Shown one piece after another: positions 30,301 through 37,137 of a stretch of 64,000 nt of DNA. Each line of letters begins with the position of its first letter. The stretch's first letter is position 1. A program made the position numbers and the translations under genes. The notes under the pieces are model-generated. The model was not told the DNA's origin, searched no databases, and worked only from the letters and a program-made list of their open reading frames with translations. Source of the DNA: Candidatus Binatia bacterium (GTDB lineage Bacteria; Desulfobacterota; Binatia; UBA9968; JAJDTQ01); NCBI GenBank assembly GCA_963666515.2, contig OY762897.2:2368001-2432000 (forward strand), read 5' to 3'.

Positions 30301-31581
30301 GCCCGCGAGCCGCGGCCGCCCGGGACGGCTGGGCCAGTCCATCATGGTCGAGGTAATGCGCAGCGGCAGACGGTCCCAGTCGAGGCGGGGGTTGGGATCC
30401 TGGAAATGCAGGTGCCTGGGAAGGACGCCCCGATTGACCACAAGCGCCGTCTTGATCAGTCCGGCAATCCCGGCCGCGGACTCCAGGTGGCCGATGTTGG
30501 TCTTCACCGAAGCCACCAGAAGCGGCCGGTCGGCGTCGCGTCCCCTGCCGTAGACATCTGCCACGGCCTCGATCTCGATGGGGTCGCCCACCGCGGTCCC
30601 GGTCCCGTGAGCCTCCAGGTAGTCCACCTCCGACGGTGGTACTCCCGCTTGCGACAGCGCCGTTTCGATGACCTGCACCAGCGCGGGGGTGTGCGGCACG
30701 GTCAGACCGGAGCTGGCGCCGCCGTGGTTCACCGCCGCCCCCCGGATCACCGCCCAGATCCGGTCGCCGTCCGCCTCGGCCTCGCTCAGCCGCTTCAACA
30801 CCACCACCCCGCAGCCTTCGCCCCGCACGTAGCCGTTGGCGGAGGCATCGAACGCCTTGCTCTGCCCGTCGGGGGACAACATCATCGCGTCCGCCCGAAG
30901 TTCGTAGATGCGGCTGTTCAGGATCGCCTGAACCCCGCCGGCAATGGCCAAGTCCGCCTTGCCCTGCTGGAGGTCCGCCACCGCGTCGTGCACCGATACC
31001 AGGGATGACGCGCAGGCTGCGTCCACGGCCTTGGCCGGCCCCATGAGACCCAGCACGAAAGAGACCCGCCCACTGGTGCCGTTCAGGTTGGTGCCGCTCA
31101 GGGCATAGAGGCATTCGGCCGCGCCGGAAGGCTTGGTCGAATCCACCACCAGCATCCGGTACTCGTCGTTGCTGATCCCGGTGTAGACCCCGGTGAGGCT
31201 CTCCTTGAGTCGGTCGGGATCGATCCCCGCGTCCTCCAGCGCCTGCCAGGTCGTCTCCAGCATCATGCGCTGCTGCGGGTCCAGCAGTTGCGCTTCCACA
31301 GGGGATATCCGAAAGAAGCCCGCGTCGAACAGGTCGATGTCGTCGACGAAGGCGCCGAAACGGCACGCTTCGCTGGGAACCGCGCCGTCAGGGAAAATCT
31401 CGCCCACCCGCCCGACACCGGAACCCGGGGCGTTTTCGGTGATGGCGTTCCCGCCGGCTTCGAGCAGGCGCCAGAACGAGGAGAGGTCCGGCGCGCCGGG
31501 GAAACGGCAGGCCATGCCGACGATGGCGACGGGCTCTCCGGCCCGGACGACACCAGATTCATTGCTCATTTCGTTCTCCAT
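21325..31581 (-). CDS. supA: Type I PKS/FAS of SupA (sponge ubiquitous PKS) architecture KS-AT-DH-cMT-ER-KR-ACP-KS-AT*
   Basis: KS1 DAACASS/HGTGT/NIGH; AT1 GHSVG/AFHS; DH HRVFGRVLAP; MT LEVGAGTG; ER LIHAGAGGVG; KR TGGLGGIG; ACP GMDSL; KS2 LNCASS; AT2 GRDLG lacking the catalytic Ser. Confidence 0.88.
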   Translation of the reverse strand: MENEMSNESGVVRAGEPVAIVGMACRFPGAPDLSSFWRLLEAGGNAITENAPGSGVGRVGEIFPDGAVPSEACRFGAFVDDIDLFDAGFFRISPVEAQLLDPQQRMMLETTWQALEDAGIDPDRLKESLTGVYTGISNDEYRMLVVDSTKPSGAAECLYALSGTNLNGTSGRVSFVLGLMGPAKAVDAACASSLVSVHDAVADLQQGKADLAIAGGVQAILNSRIYELRADAMMLSPDGQSKAFDASANGYVRGEGCGVVVLKRLSEAEADGDRIWAVIRGAAVNHGGASSGLTVPHTPALVQVIETALSQAGVPPSEVDYLEAHGTGTAVGDPIEIEAVADVYGRGRDADRPLLVASVKTNIGHLESAAGIAGLIKTALVVNRGVLPRHLHFQDPNPRLDWDRLPLRITSTMMDWPSRPGRPRLAGVNSFGISGTNAHIVVEEHRAPDGTSGEERAAAGPARVVPVSLPAAAEDLPRPEQGLGPRPARFLPLSGKSPGALRELAARHLSWLDEPPGNLSVEGAASGPALSDMAWTAGVGRSHFDHRAGVVFQDAGSLREGLKALAESSEDAAPAAAKTVAFAYTGQGSQWAGMGRTLYDTEPVARAVLDRCESVFREERGASLLDVMFGRPGGEGDLGDTAWEQPALYALECALTALWASVGIRPAAVLGHSVGELAAAQAAGVFSLEDGMRLAATRGTLLSGIEPGAMAAVFAPPARVAAVVEAANEASAGIGVNISADNGTHQVVSGPVAGIEDLSKRFESEGIRVRRLNTAKAFHSALVEPALDELEAFVNSLAVEAPSLAVVSNLTGRVVEAGEGLDGAYWRRHAREPVAFAAGVGTLAELGVDLVVEIGPHSVLAPMAVSAWPESSPTPVPRVLSSLCRPSGDATAPSGDGFVEAVAGAYRAGLPVRFEGLFAGEARRRISLPGYPFQRERHWLEAPKQRRGNAGHPLLGVRHESARGEVSFETEVFPSDPAWLSDHRVFGRVLAPGALYGAMAATAALAEGSGSAVVEDVQLHNALVFPEQDSGDGAGEDGRTMQLVLDAPGQAAPRGVQIFSKGAEGEWTLHMEGRVPSGVPAPQPVTRVDIEGLKAGMSPVETADYYRARADTGIDLGPSFRTLGSVWARPGEALGEVSFPEALGRNGLDVHPLVLDGCFQVVGAARGLTGTQGATTYLPFGWERLWLAGRLPERVVCHVRMNMPSPEPEAEAGEPPEVLSGELTIYDPDGALLGVLSGYTVKRATREALLSAIEGVNDLLYEVVWRDSALAPGLLPADFFPSPATVAAASQSFSGYLTGADVDPEDRCALLADLERWSRSYALANLDKLGWERRAGEVVDAEDLRQRLNVNEEHRRLFRRMLEMCAKSGVLEETGDGFTVVAGSGDPWPEEMTGDPEGFAPRMAELYPDGLVEIGLFKRSADALADVLRGGADPLTLLFSSGEPTAADLYLKAPVARAANRMLADAVQALVARLPEGRRLRVLEVGAGTGSATASVLPELPEGRFDYTYTDISAGFFAEAEARFGNDGIEYRPLDIEKDPVAQGFESHGYDLLLASNVLHATRYLQETLGHCRDLLAPSGHLIALENLSGLGWMDLTFGQLDGWWRFADDYRPHHALANPAVWRRALGDAGFTGAEVLGPDESETDRMPDKGVIVAQGPAQVTEPAGAWVLAADHGEVAAGLATELAARNQTVVLADGGAPESPEIRGPGVFRTAVGAEDREAWRSLVEGLPQDIPFNGVVHLAGLDGHGAEAATAEIAEDVRRAGASALALTQAVADSDLTPAKGMWFVTRGAQVLERERGGELAGATLWGFGKAVAREAAHLQPRMIDLDPGTTAAAPDLVDELLYPDPENHIAYRSGRRRVARLVRAGEGVERLTLPEEPDWALAPDPAGVFEKPYVMPLPARPLEPREVRVAVDAAGLNFWDVFRSLGFIEEGNLGREMCGQVVDVGSEVSTVSAGDPVVGLGFGAFAAEMITHEELVAPAPPGIPVTGLATVPSAFVSAALSYEFTGLEAGDRVLIHAGAGGVGLAAIQLAQAAGAEVFATASAPKQAYLRSLGVEHIYDSRRTAFGKEIIEDTDGAGVDVVLNSLTGEGFIDASLSCLAHGGRFVELARRDILSAGEMAAARPDVAYLILELDVLKKTDPAWVGRVLRGVMERLVAGELEPVIHSRWPLAEVGAALSFMRSARHLGKIVVTASPLARGRLRQDRTYLVTGGLGGIGCAVAGWLADRGAGTIVLNGRRAPDDAAEEAIGALRERGVTVQVELADVTDAAAVDGMLARIDGELPPLGGVIHSVGVLSDGALTNQSWDRFETVLWPKVLGGWHLHRATADRELEFFILFSSRVGVMGNPGQANHASANAFLDQLAGHRRALGLPGQSIAWGAWSEIGEAAEQRERIDRQRTALGGRWFTPQQGLRALDQLVRQDATTSVVMAMDWAMFEEAADDRPLFLEDLLSTAVEDDAGTEAPSGDLLSQLRGTPAGSREELLVSFLQQEVRAVLRLPATPAPTVGFFDLGMDSLMAVELRNRLNRALADVYTVSNTAVFDYPDIATLARHLVGELGEVGSAPVPQAQPDTRAEAQPEIPAEARPAARREDGGIAIVGMACRLPGAPDLAAFWRQLEAGENAVTDRRRDAGSSDDLVKGLPPEYEAYARGGFVEGIDRFDADFFRITPIAARLMDPRQRMMLETAWQALEDAGMNPDRLRGSRTGVYAGIGTSEYRDLMTAGAHGVSYLGTAASMAVGRVAFQLGLEGPTMPVELNCASSLVAVHHAVAGLHQGEVDMALVGGVAAVLSPGITQEMADLGMLSRGGQCRAFDAAADGFVRGEGCGIVVLKRLGDAAADGDRIWGVIRGSAVNQNGASAGPTVPNGPAQERVIEEALSRAGVAPCDVDYLEAHGAGSELGDTIEVQAAAAVYGRGRKADRPLLIGSVKTNIGHLEPAAGVAGLIKTVLAMKRGVIPRHLHFDDPNPNVDWQRLPVRVTSEAVEWPAGRDRPRLAAVSAFGISGTNAHVVVEGFRGPGEGSGAPDEGRTSRLLPLSGKTDGALRDSARRYLSWLDERGGELSSEDTASEPLLSDMAWTAGVGRSHFECRKALVFRDAASLREGLRSLADGSGEAKPVTATKVAFVYGGRDGEWAGMGRALYESEPVVRAVLDQCDAAVRRERDGSLLDVMFGAADGKGATDDTAWMQPAVYALECALTALWSSIGIRPSVAMGRDLGELAAAQAAGVFGLEEGLRLAAARDALSASPSASGGPESGQDGLEAVLAGVTLAPPSLVLLSGVTGRVMESGDVLDKAYWTRQPRESAAFAESVSMLAAMDVDVVVEIGVPGPAMAGARPDRADADGNRGAPLVLSSLRRDAPSENGFVEAVAGAYEAGLEVSFSGLFAGENRRRISLPGYPFERRQYWIEAPERAPK

Positions 31582-33307
31582 CCGGCGGGGCTTCCACCCG
31601 CACGGTCAGGATGTCCGTGTCGTGATACTGCTGATGGCGGGCCCAGGCGGCGAGGTGCCGCAACAGCCGAAGCGACGTTTCCGACTCGTCGGGACCGTCG
31701 CTCGCGTGCTCGGCGAGCAGCACCATCCTGTCCTGGAGGTTCTCGCCGCCGGGCGCGGCCACGAACTCGAGGATCGCGCCGCGGTCCTGCCGGTAAGCCA
31801 CCAGGCCCAGGCGTTGCCGCCGGAGTTCACCGCCGGCCTCATCTTTTCCCATGAGCGTCAACAGCGACTCCTCCGCGGCGGCGGTCAGCCGCTCCGCCAT
31901 GGTTGTACCCCAACCGTTTCTGAACGAGAAATCTCCGAAGAACTTCCTGATCCCGGGCAGGAGCGCCACATCGAGAGCCCCCTCGAAGCGGCTGCGGCGG
32001 GGCTGGGTCAACTCCAGGAACGCGGTCATGAGGATGGCCGTGAGACCGCCGGCGGTCATGCCGTTCCGAAGCAGCCCCCCCGCGAACCCGGAAACGTGCT
32101 CCGGGAACACCACGCCATTGTGGAACCCGACGCCGATCCAGAAAGCGACGCCGACCACCAGCCCCTTGCGGTAGTCGATCCCGTCCTGAAGCACCATCTT
32201 CATGCCGATGACGAAGAGCATCGCGACGATGACGGTCATGTAGGCGGCGATCACCGGGGTCGGTATCGCCACCACCAGGGCGAGGGCCTTGGGAAGGAAT
32301 GCCAGCGCCATGAGGAGCGCCCCCGCGGCCACCCCGAGGCTCCGGGCGGCGACGCCGGTCAGCTCGGCGACCGATACCGCGGTGGTGTAGGCGGTGTTCG
32401 GCACCGTGCCGGCGAGGCCGGAAACCAAGTTGCCGAGCCCGTCCACGGTCGCCGCGCCCTGCACCGCCCGGAAATCCACGGCCCGGGGCCGGCGCCACGA
32501 CGTGCGCTGGGCCGCGACGGAGCTGCTGATGGTTCGGATGGAGCCGATGGTCGCCGCCAGCAGGAAGGCCGGGAGGAGCGCCCAGAACGCCGGCCCGAAG
32601 TCGAGGGCCAAGCCCGGCCACCGGCCATCGGGCAGCCCGACCCACGGCGCCTCCGCAACGGGGCTCATGTCGTAGATCCCGAAAAGCGCCGCGGCCACGG
32701 CGCCGCACACGATGCCGAGAACCGGCGCCCACAGCCGCAACGCTCCCGTCGCCTTCAGCGCGAGGCCGACGACCACCAGCACCGTGACCAGGGCGCTCAG
32801 CGGCGCCGCGGCCGCGGGGCTCCCGTCCGGCACGTCCCCCAGCATGTCGAAGATGACCGGCATGACCGTCACCGGTATCAGCATGATCACGGTCCCCGAG
32901 ACGGTGGGCGTCAGCACCCGCCGGAACAACGAGAGCCGGGCGGCCATGACGAACTGGAAAAGCGCGGCGGCGATCACCAGGGCGGCGAGCAGCGCCGGAC
33001 CGCCTTCGGCCACCGCGCTGATACAGACTGCGATGAAGGCCCCCGAGCTGCCCATCATGAGCGCGTGACCCATGCCGATGCGGCCGAGCCGGACCGTTTG
33101 CAGCACCGTCACCGCGCCGCAGATGAAGGTGGCGGCGAACACGGCCCACGCCACGTGGGTCTCGGCGGCGCCAGCGGCCCGCATCACCACGGTGGGGATC
33201 AGGATGGTTACGGTGGCGCTGATGACCGCGAGCTGCAGGCCCAGACCCAGGGAGACCGCTACGGGAGGCTGTTCGTCGGGCTGGAAGCGGATGCCGGTGG
33301 TGGTCAA
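31559..33307 (-). CDS. Xanthine/uracil (NCS2) permease family protein with extra C-terminal soluble domain
   Basis: LGLQ, LTPTVSGTVIMLI, DGLGNLVSGLAGTVPNT, many TM helices. Overlaps the supA start. Confidence 0.85.
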   Translation of the reverse strand: MTTTGIRFQPDEQPPVAVSLGLGLQLAVISATVTILIPTVVMRAAGAAETHVAWAVFAATFICGAVTVLQTVRLGRIGMGHALMMGSSGAFIAVCISAVAEGGPALLAALVIAAALFQFVMAARLSLFRRVLTPTVSGTVIMLIPVTVMPVIFDMLGDVPDGSPAAAAPLSALVTVLVVVGLALKATGALRLWAPVLGIVCGAVAAALFGIYDMSPVAEAPWVGLPDGRWPGLALDFGPAFWALLPAFLLAATIGSIRTISSSVAAQRTSWRRPRAVDFRAVQGAATVDGLGNLVSGLAGTVPNTAYTTAVSVAELTGVAARSLGVAAGALLMALAFLPKALALVVAIPTPVIAAYMTVIVAMLFVIGMKMVLQDGIDYRKGLVVGVAFWIGVGFHNGVVFPEHVSGFAGGLLRNGMTAGGLTAILMTAFLELTQPRRSRFEGALDVALLPGIRKFFGDFSFRNGWGTTMAERLTAAAEESLLTLMGKDEAGGELRRQRLGLVAYRQDRGAILEFVAAPGGENLQDRMVLLAEHASDGPDESETSLRLLRHLAAWARHQQYHDTDILTVRVEAPPDGERNEQ

Positions 33308-33448
33308 TCTCGTCCTCTCACGCGGTTTTCCAGGATATCCCGGCGCCTTCCCGGATTCAATCCGAGACCGCCTGTCGCTACGGGAAATTGTCGGGTAAAG
33401 TGAAGCGACCGTTGCCCGCGGGGGTTTCGGTCAACGGAGGGGGAGATC

Positions 33449-34171
33449 ATGCCGGACGACTACAACCTGGAAGGGACGCCGGAAGCCATGCGCGCGCCGC
33501 TCGGGCGCTACGCCGAGACCCTGAAGGAGCTTGCCGGAGACAACGCCCGGTCGCTCATCCTGTACGGCGCGGTCGCGGCCGGAACCTTCAATCCCCGTTC
33601 CCACACGGCGCGGAGCGTCTTCGTGGTGGGCGCGGTGGACCTGGAGGTGCTGCGACAGTTGGCGCGGCAGGGTCCGCGGCTCGGCAAGGCGCGCATCGCC
33701 GCGCCGCTGATCATGACGCCGGAATACATCGACGCCTCGCTGGATACGTTCCCGCTGGAGTTCCTGGAGATCGCCCAGCGCCACATCTGCGTGTTCGGAG
33801 AGGACCATTTCCGGGAACTGCCCTTGCAGGCCGCGGACGTGAGGCATCAGTGCGAGCGCGAGTTGAAGACCATCCAGCTCGGCATGAGGCAGGCGCTGCT
33901 GGCCGCGGCGGGCCGGGACAAGGCCCTGAACACCGTGGAGGTGGACGTGGGAGAGCGGCTGCTGCGGTCGCTTCGCGGTCTGCTCTGGCTTCACGGCGAG
34001 ACCGGGCCCAAGGCCGCGCTGGATGCGGTGGCCGCGGTCGAGGAAGGCGTCCACCGGTCGCTGCCGGGGGTCCGCAGCGCCATCGACGACCGCAGCCAAC
34101 ACGGCTGGGAGGAGTTCAAGACCCTGTACGCGGACGTGGACGCCCTGAGGACCCATATCGATGCGTGGTAG
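33449..34171 (+). CDS. Nucleotidyltransferase-fold protein (degenerate active site)
   Basis: SLILYGAVAAG and DTFPLEFLEI motifs of a family found with TPM/LemA genes. Confidence 0.7.
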   Translation: MPDDYNLEGTPEAMRAPLGRYAETLKELAGDNARSLILYGAVAAGTFNPRSHTARSVFVVGAVDLEVLRQLARQGPRLGKARIAAPLIMTPEYIDASLDTFPLEFLEIAQRHICVFGEDHFRELPLQAADVRHQCERELKTIQLGMRQALLAAAGRDKALNTVEVDVGERLLRSLRGLLWLHGETGPKAALDAVAAVEEGVHRSLPGVRSAIDDRSQHGWEEFKTLYADVDALRTHIDAW

Positions 34172-35006
34172 CGCCGGCCAGCCCTTCTTGCGGCCGGCGG
34201 CGGTGCTGTGTCTCGCCGCGCTGGCCCTGCTCGCTCCCGCGTCCGCCGGGGCGGTGACGGTCAAGGACCCCGGCCGCTACGTGGTGGACACCGCCGGCCT
34301 CATCGACGCCGCCACGGAACGCAGGATGGAGGGCTGGCTGCGCGAGCTGGAGCAGAAGACCACGGCCCAGGTCAAGGTGCTCACCGTGCCCACCACCGGA
34401 GGCGAGGACTTCTTCGGCTTCGTGCAGCGCCACGCCGAGGCCTGGAAGCTCGGCCGCAAGGGCAAAGATAACGGCGCCCTCATCGCCCTCGCCGTCAAGG
34501 AGCGGCGGGTGCGGGTCCACACCGGCTACGGCCTCGAAGGGGTGCTGCCCGACTCCTGGGCCGGCACGGCCTCCCGCCGGGTCGCTACGGACTTCTTCAG
34601 GGCGGGGAAGTACGCCCAGGGATTGATGGCCCTCACCGTCGCCACCGCCAACCGGGTGGCAGACGCCGCGCGCGTGAAGCTTACCGGCGCACCGGACTAC
34701 CGTATCCGCGGCGGACGCCGCGGCGTGACCAACACCGGCATCGGCGCCTCGCTGATGCCGCTGCTGATCTTGCTGTTCGTCTTCAGCTCCCTGCGGAGGC
34801 GCCGTCACCACGCCGCCTGGGGCGGCCGGGGCGCGGCCTCGGGCTTCCTGATGGGCGCCGTCCTCGGAAGCCTCCTGGGGGCGGGCGGGCGCTCCTGGGG
34901 GGGCGGCTTCGGCGGCGGTCTGGGAGGAGGCTTCGGAGGCGGGTTCGGCGGTTCCTTCGGGGGAGGCGGCGGCTTCGGCGGCGGAGGAGGAGGAGCCGGG
35001 TGGTGA
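34161..35006 (+). CDS. TPM domain (YgcG-like) membrane protein with Gly-rich tail
   Basis: VVDTAGLI, WKLGRKGKDNG, TGYGLEGVLPD, FGGGGGGAGW. Confidence 0.92.
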   Translation: MRGSAGQPFLRPAAVLCLAALALLAPASAGAVTVKDPGRYVVDTAGLIDAATERRMEGWLRELEQKTTAQVKVLTVPTTGGEDFFGFVQRHAEAWKLGRKGKDNGALIALAVKERRVRVHTGYGLEGVLPDSWAGTASRRVATDFFRAGKYAQGLMALTVATANRVADAARVKLTGAPDYRIRGGRRGVTNTGIGASLMPLLILLFVFSSLRRRRHHAAWGGRGAASGFLMGAVLGSLLGAGGRSWGGGFGGGLGGGFGGGFGGSFGGGGGFGGGGGGAGW

Positions 35007-35100
35007 GGCCGGCCCTTCCGGGGCTTGCTGCCGGGGCCGGCGGGCGCGGGGATGTGAAACCCGTCCCTGCTTGACTGTCCCTGCGATCCGTGGATAGCTC

Positions 35101-35694
35101 ATGGAGGCAAGGAGAAACGGTGTGAGCGCATCGAGGATTCTATTGATAATGCTGGCGGCCATCGTCGGCATGGTGCTGCTGGCGGGCGGTTGTGTCCTCA
35201 ACGGCTACAACCGGGCCATCACCCTGGACGAGGGGGTCAAGAACCAGTGGGCGCAGGTGGAGAACCAGCTCCAGCGCCGCTTCGAGCTGATTCCCAACCT
35301 GCTTGAGACGGTCAAGGGGGTAGCCAAGCAGGAGGAGAAGATCTTCCTGGGAGTGGCCAATGCCCGCAAAGCCTACTTCCAGGCGAACACGGTCAACCAG
35401 AAGGCGCAGGCCGCCGTCGGCTTCGAGCGGGCATTGTCCCGGCTGCTGGTCTTGCGGGAGCGATACCCGCAACTCAAGTCCAACCAGTCCTTCCTGAAGC
35501 TCCAGGACCAGCTCGAAGGCACCGAGAACCGCCTTGCGGTGGAGCGCAAGCGCTTCAACGACGCCGTCACCGCGGTCAACACCTTCGTGCGCAGGCTGCC
35601 GGGCCGTTTCTACGCGGGCCTCGCCGGTGTGGAGAAGGCAGAGTACTTCCAGGTGGAAGAGGCGGCGCGGGAAACACCGAGAGTCAGCTTCTAG
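35101..35694 (+). CDS. lemA: LemA family protein
   Basis: WAQVENQLQRRFELIPNL, ERYPQLKSN, LEGTENR. Confidence 0.95.
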   Translation: MEARRNGVSASRILLIMLAAIVGMVLLAGGCVLNGYNRAITLDEGVKNQWAQVENQLQRRFELIPNLLETVKGVAKQEEKIFLGVANARKAYFQANTVNQKAQAAVGFERALSRLLVLRERYPQLKSNQSFLKLQDQLEGTENRLAVERKRFNDAVTAVNTFVRRLPGRFYAGLAGVEKAEYFQVEEAARETPRVSF

Positions 35695-35724
35695 GAATTC
35701 CGCACACTACGGGCGATCTACGAC

Positions 35725-36808
35725 CTACAGCACTTGCTTCAGCAAGAACGCCATGTCGTCGGACGCCTCTTCATTAGCCAGCCAGTTCTCGCGCCGTGCC
35801 AGGAGCAACATCGGCTGAAGCCGTTCCAAGAGCGTCGTGCCGCGCAGCTCTGCGCGAACCATATCCGGGGAAAGGCGACCCATCGTGGCCAAGAGCCAGT
35901 TGTTGCCGTGTCCACCGGCATTCACGGCTGCTACCAGTGATTTCAGCACACTGACGCTGTCAATTACACGCAGGGCCTCCGACGCAGCCGGCGCCCGCCG
36001 TGCATCCCCGTCCATGAGAATTGCGACGAGGAGATCAATCACGTCTTCCGGCGTATCCGGTCCGAAGGCAGCAATGGCATGTAAGGCCACGTTGTCTTCG
36101 TCGTCTGCGATGAAAGGCAGGAGTTCCCGATAGGATTTCAAGCCGGCCTTTCCGAGACCCCAAATCCCTGCCTGCCGCCGTTCGTCATGGCGAAACCTTA
36201 CATCACCAGCGGCAAGGCGCAGTTGTTCCCGCGCAAATTCGTTCTTTAACTCTGTAAGGATCAGGATCGCCTCCATGCCCATCTCCGCGGCACCACCCTC
36301 GGCCCAAAGCGTCTCCACGATCCGTTTTTCTCCCAATTTTGAGCCCAGCGCCGTTGCACTGCCGGCCGCTTCGAGTCGCACGCGATTTTCCTGTTCCGTG
36401 TCGAGAATTCCGTCAAGGGCCAAAACAGCACGATCCCGGAGGTCGGCACGGAAACGCAGCGCCTTCACGGCCGCATACCGATCTACAGAACTTGCTGCGG
36501 CAACGTCACGGAGCGGGTCATAGCGAACCCGCATCCCAAGCCCTTTCGGGGTTGTTCGGCGCATCGCTCATTCGGATCATGAGGTCGCTCTTGGCCCGGA
36601 CTTCGACCCGCATGCCGGTCTTCACACAAAGCAGATCCGGCAAGCGAAGCCGCTTGACTTTGATTGCCCAGATCTTGTTCGACGTGCAGTTGCGTTCCAG
36701 CTCGATAGGTTCGAATCCCCGGTCCTTGAGTTCGGACAGAACGCTGTGCACACCCAAGGCGCCCATTGTCAGAAACCGCAGGAAGCTGGAATTTACCTTG
36801 AACCCCAT
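35725..36808 (-). pseudogene. Disrupted putative endonuclease-HEAT-repeat gene (two out-of-frame pieces)
   Basis: 36518-36808 carries PD-(D/E)XK-like LPDLLC...VEVRAK and stops abruptly. 35725-36564 in another frame has HEAT-like repeats and no convincing start. Junction near 36525. Confidence 0.6.
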
Positions 36809-36814
36809 CGGCGG

Positions 36815-37045
36815 TCATCTTTGCCTTTGGCCTGTTTGGAGCAAGTCGCCTGGGTCCACGCCGAGAGCTTCGGCCAGAATGAAGATGTTCTCAAGGGAGA
36901 CGTTCCGCCGCCCACGCTCAATGGAACTGATGTAGGTCCTGTGAAGGCCGGCCCTGTCTGCCAGCGCTTCCTGGGAAAACCCGGTTGCCACCCTGATGCG
37001 CCGAAGGTTGGCGGCGAGTATGGTCTTGGGGCTGCTATCGATCAA
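36815..37045 (-). CDS. XRE HTH controller (C) protein of an R-M system
   Basis: 76 aa, SQEALADRAGLHRTYISSIERGRRNVSLENI. Lies directly upstream of the putative nuclease, divergent from the MTase. Confidence 0.85.
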   Translation of the reverse strand: MIDSSPKTILAANLRRIRVATGFSQEALADRAGLHRTYISSIERGRRNVSLENIFILAEALGVDPGDLLQTGQRQR

Positions 37046-37081
37046 ATTTCGGCCTCGACGGATTGCAGAAAGGCTAGAAAT

Positions 37082-37118
37082 ATGTCAACAATAAGTCTAC
37101 AGACTTTAAGTCACCCAT
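37082..37118 (-). promoter_or_regulatory. C-box double operator
   Basis: Minus strand ATGGGTGACTTAAAGTCTGTAGACTTATTGTTGACAT: a GACT-N3-AGTC box followed by a degenerate second box, like C.Esp1396I-type operators. Confidence 0.8.
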
Positions 37119-37137
37119 CTGCATCGACGACGAGAGC

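Noticed and set aside
25396-31008. 1870-aa plus-strand ORF and other long antisense ORFs (e.g. 55996-59301, 40947-43199, 8374-10278)
   Set aside because: Shadow frames of real GC-rich genes on the opposite strand; no family motifs.
34895-35003. GGC-rich repeat
   Set aside because: Encodes the normal Gly-rich tail of TPM-domain proteins.
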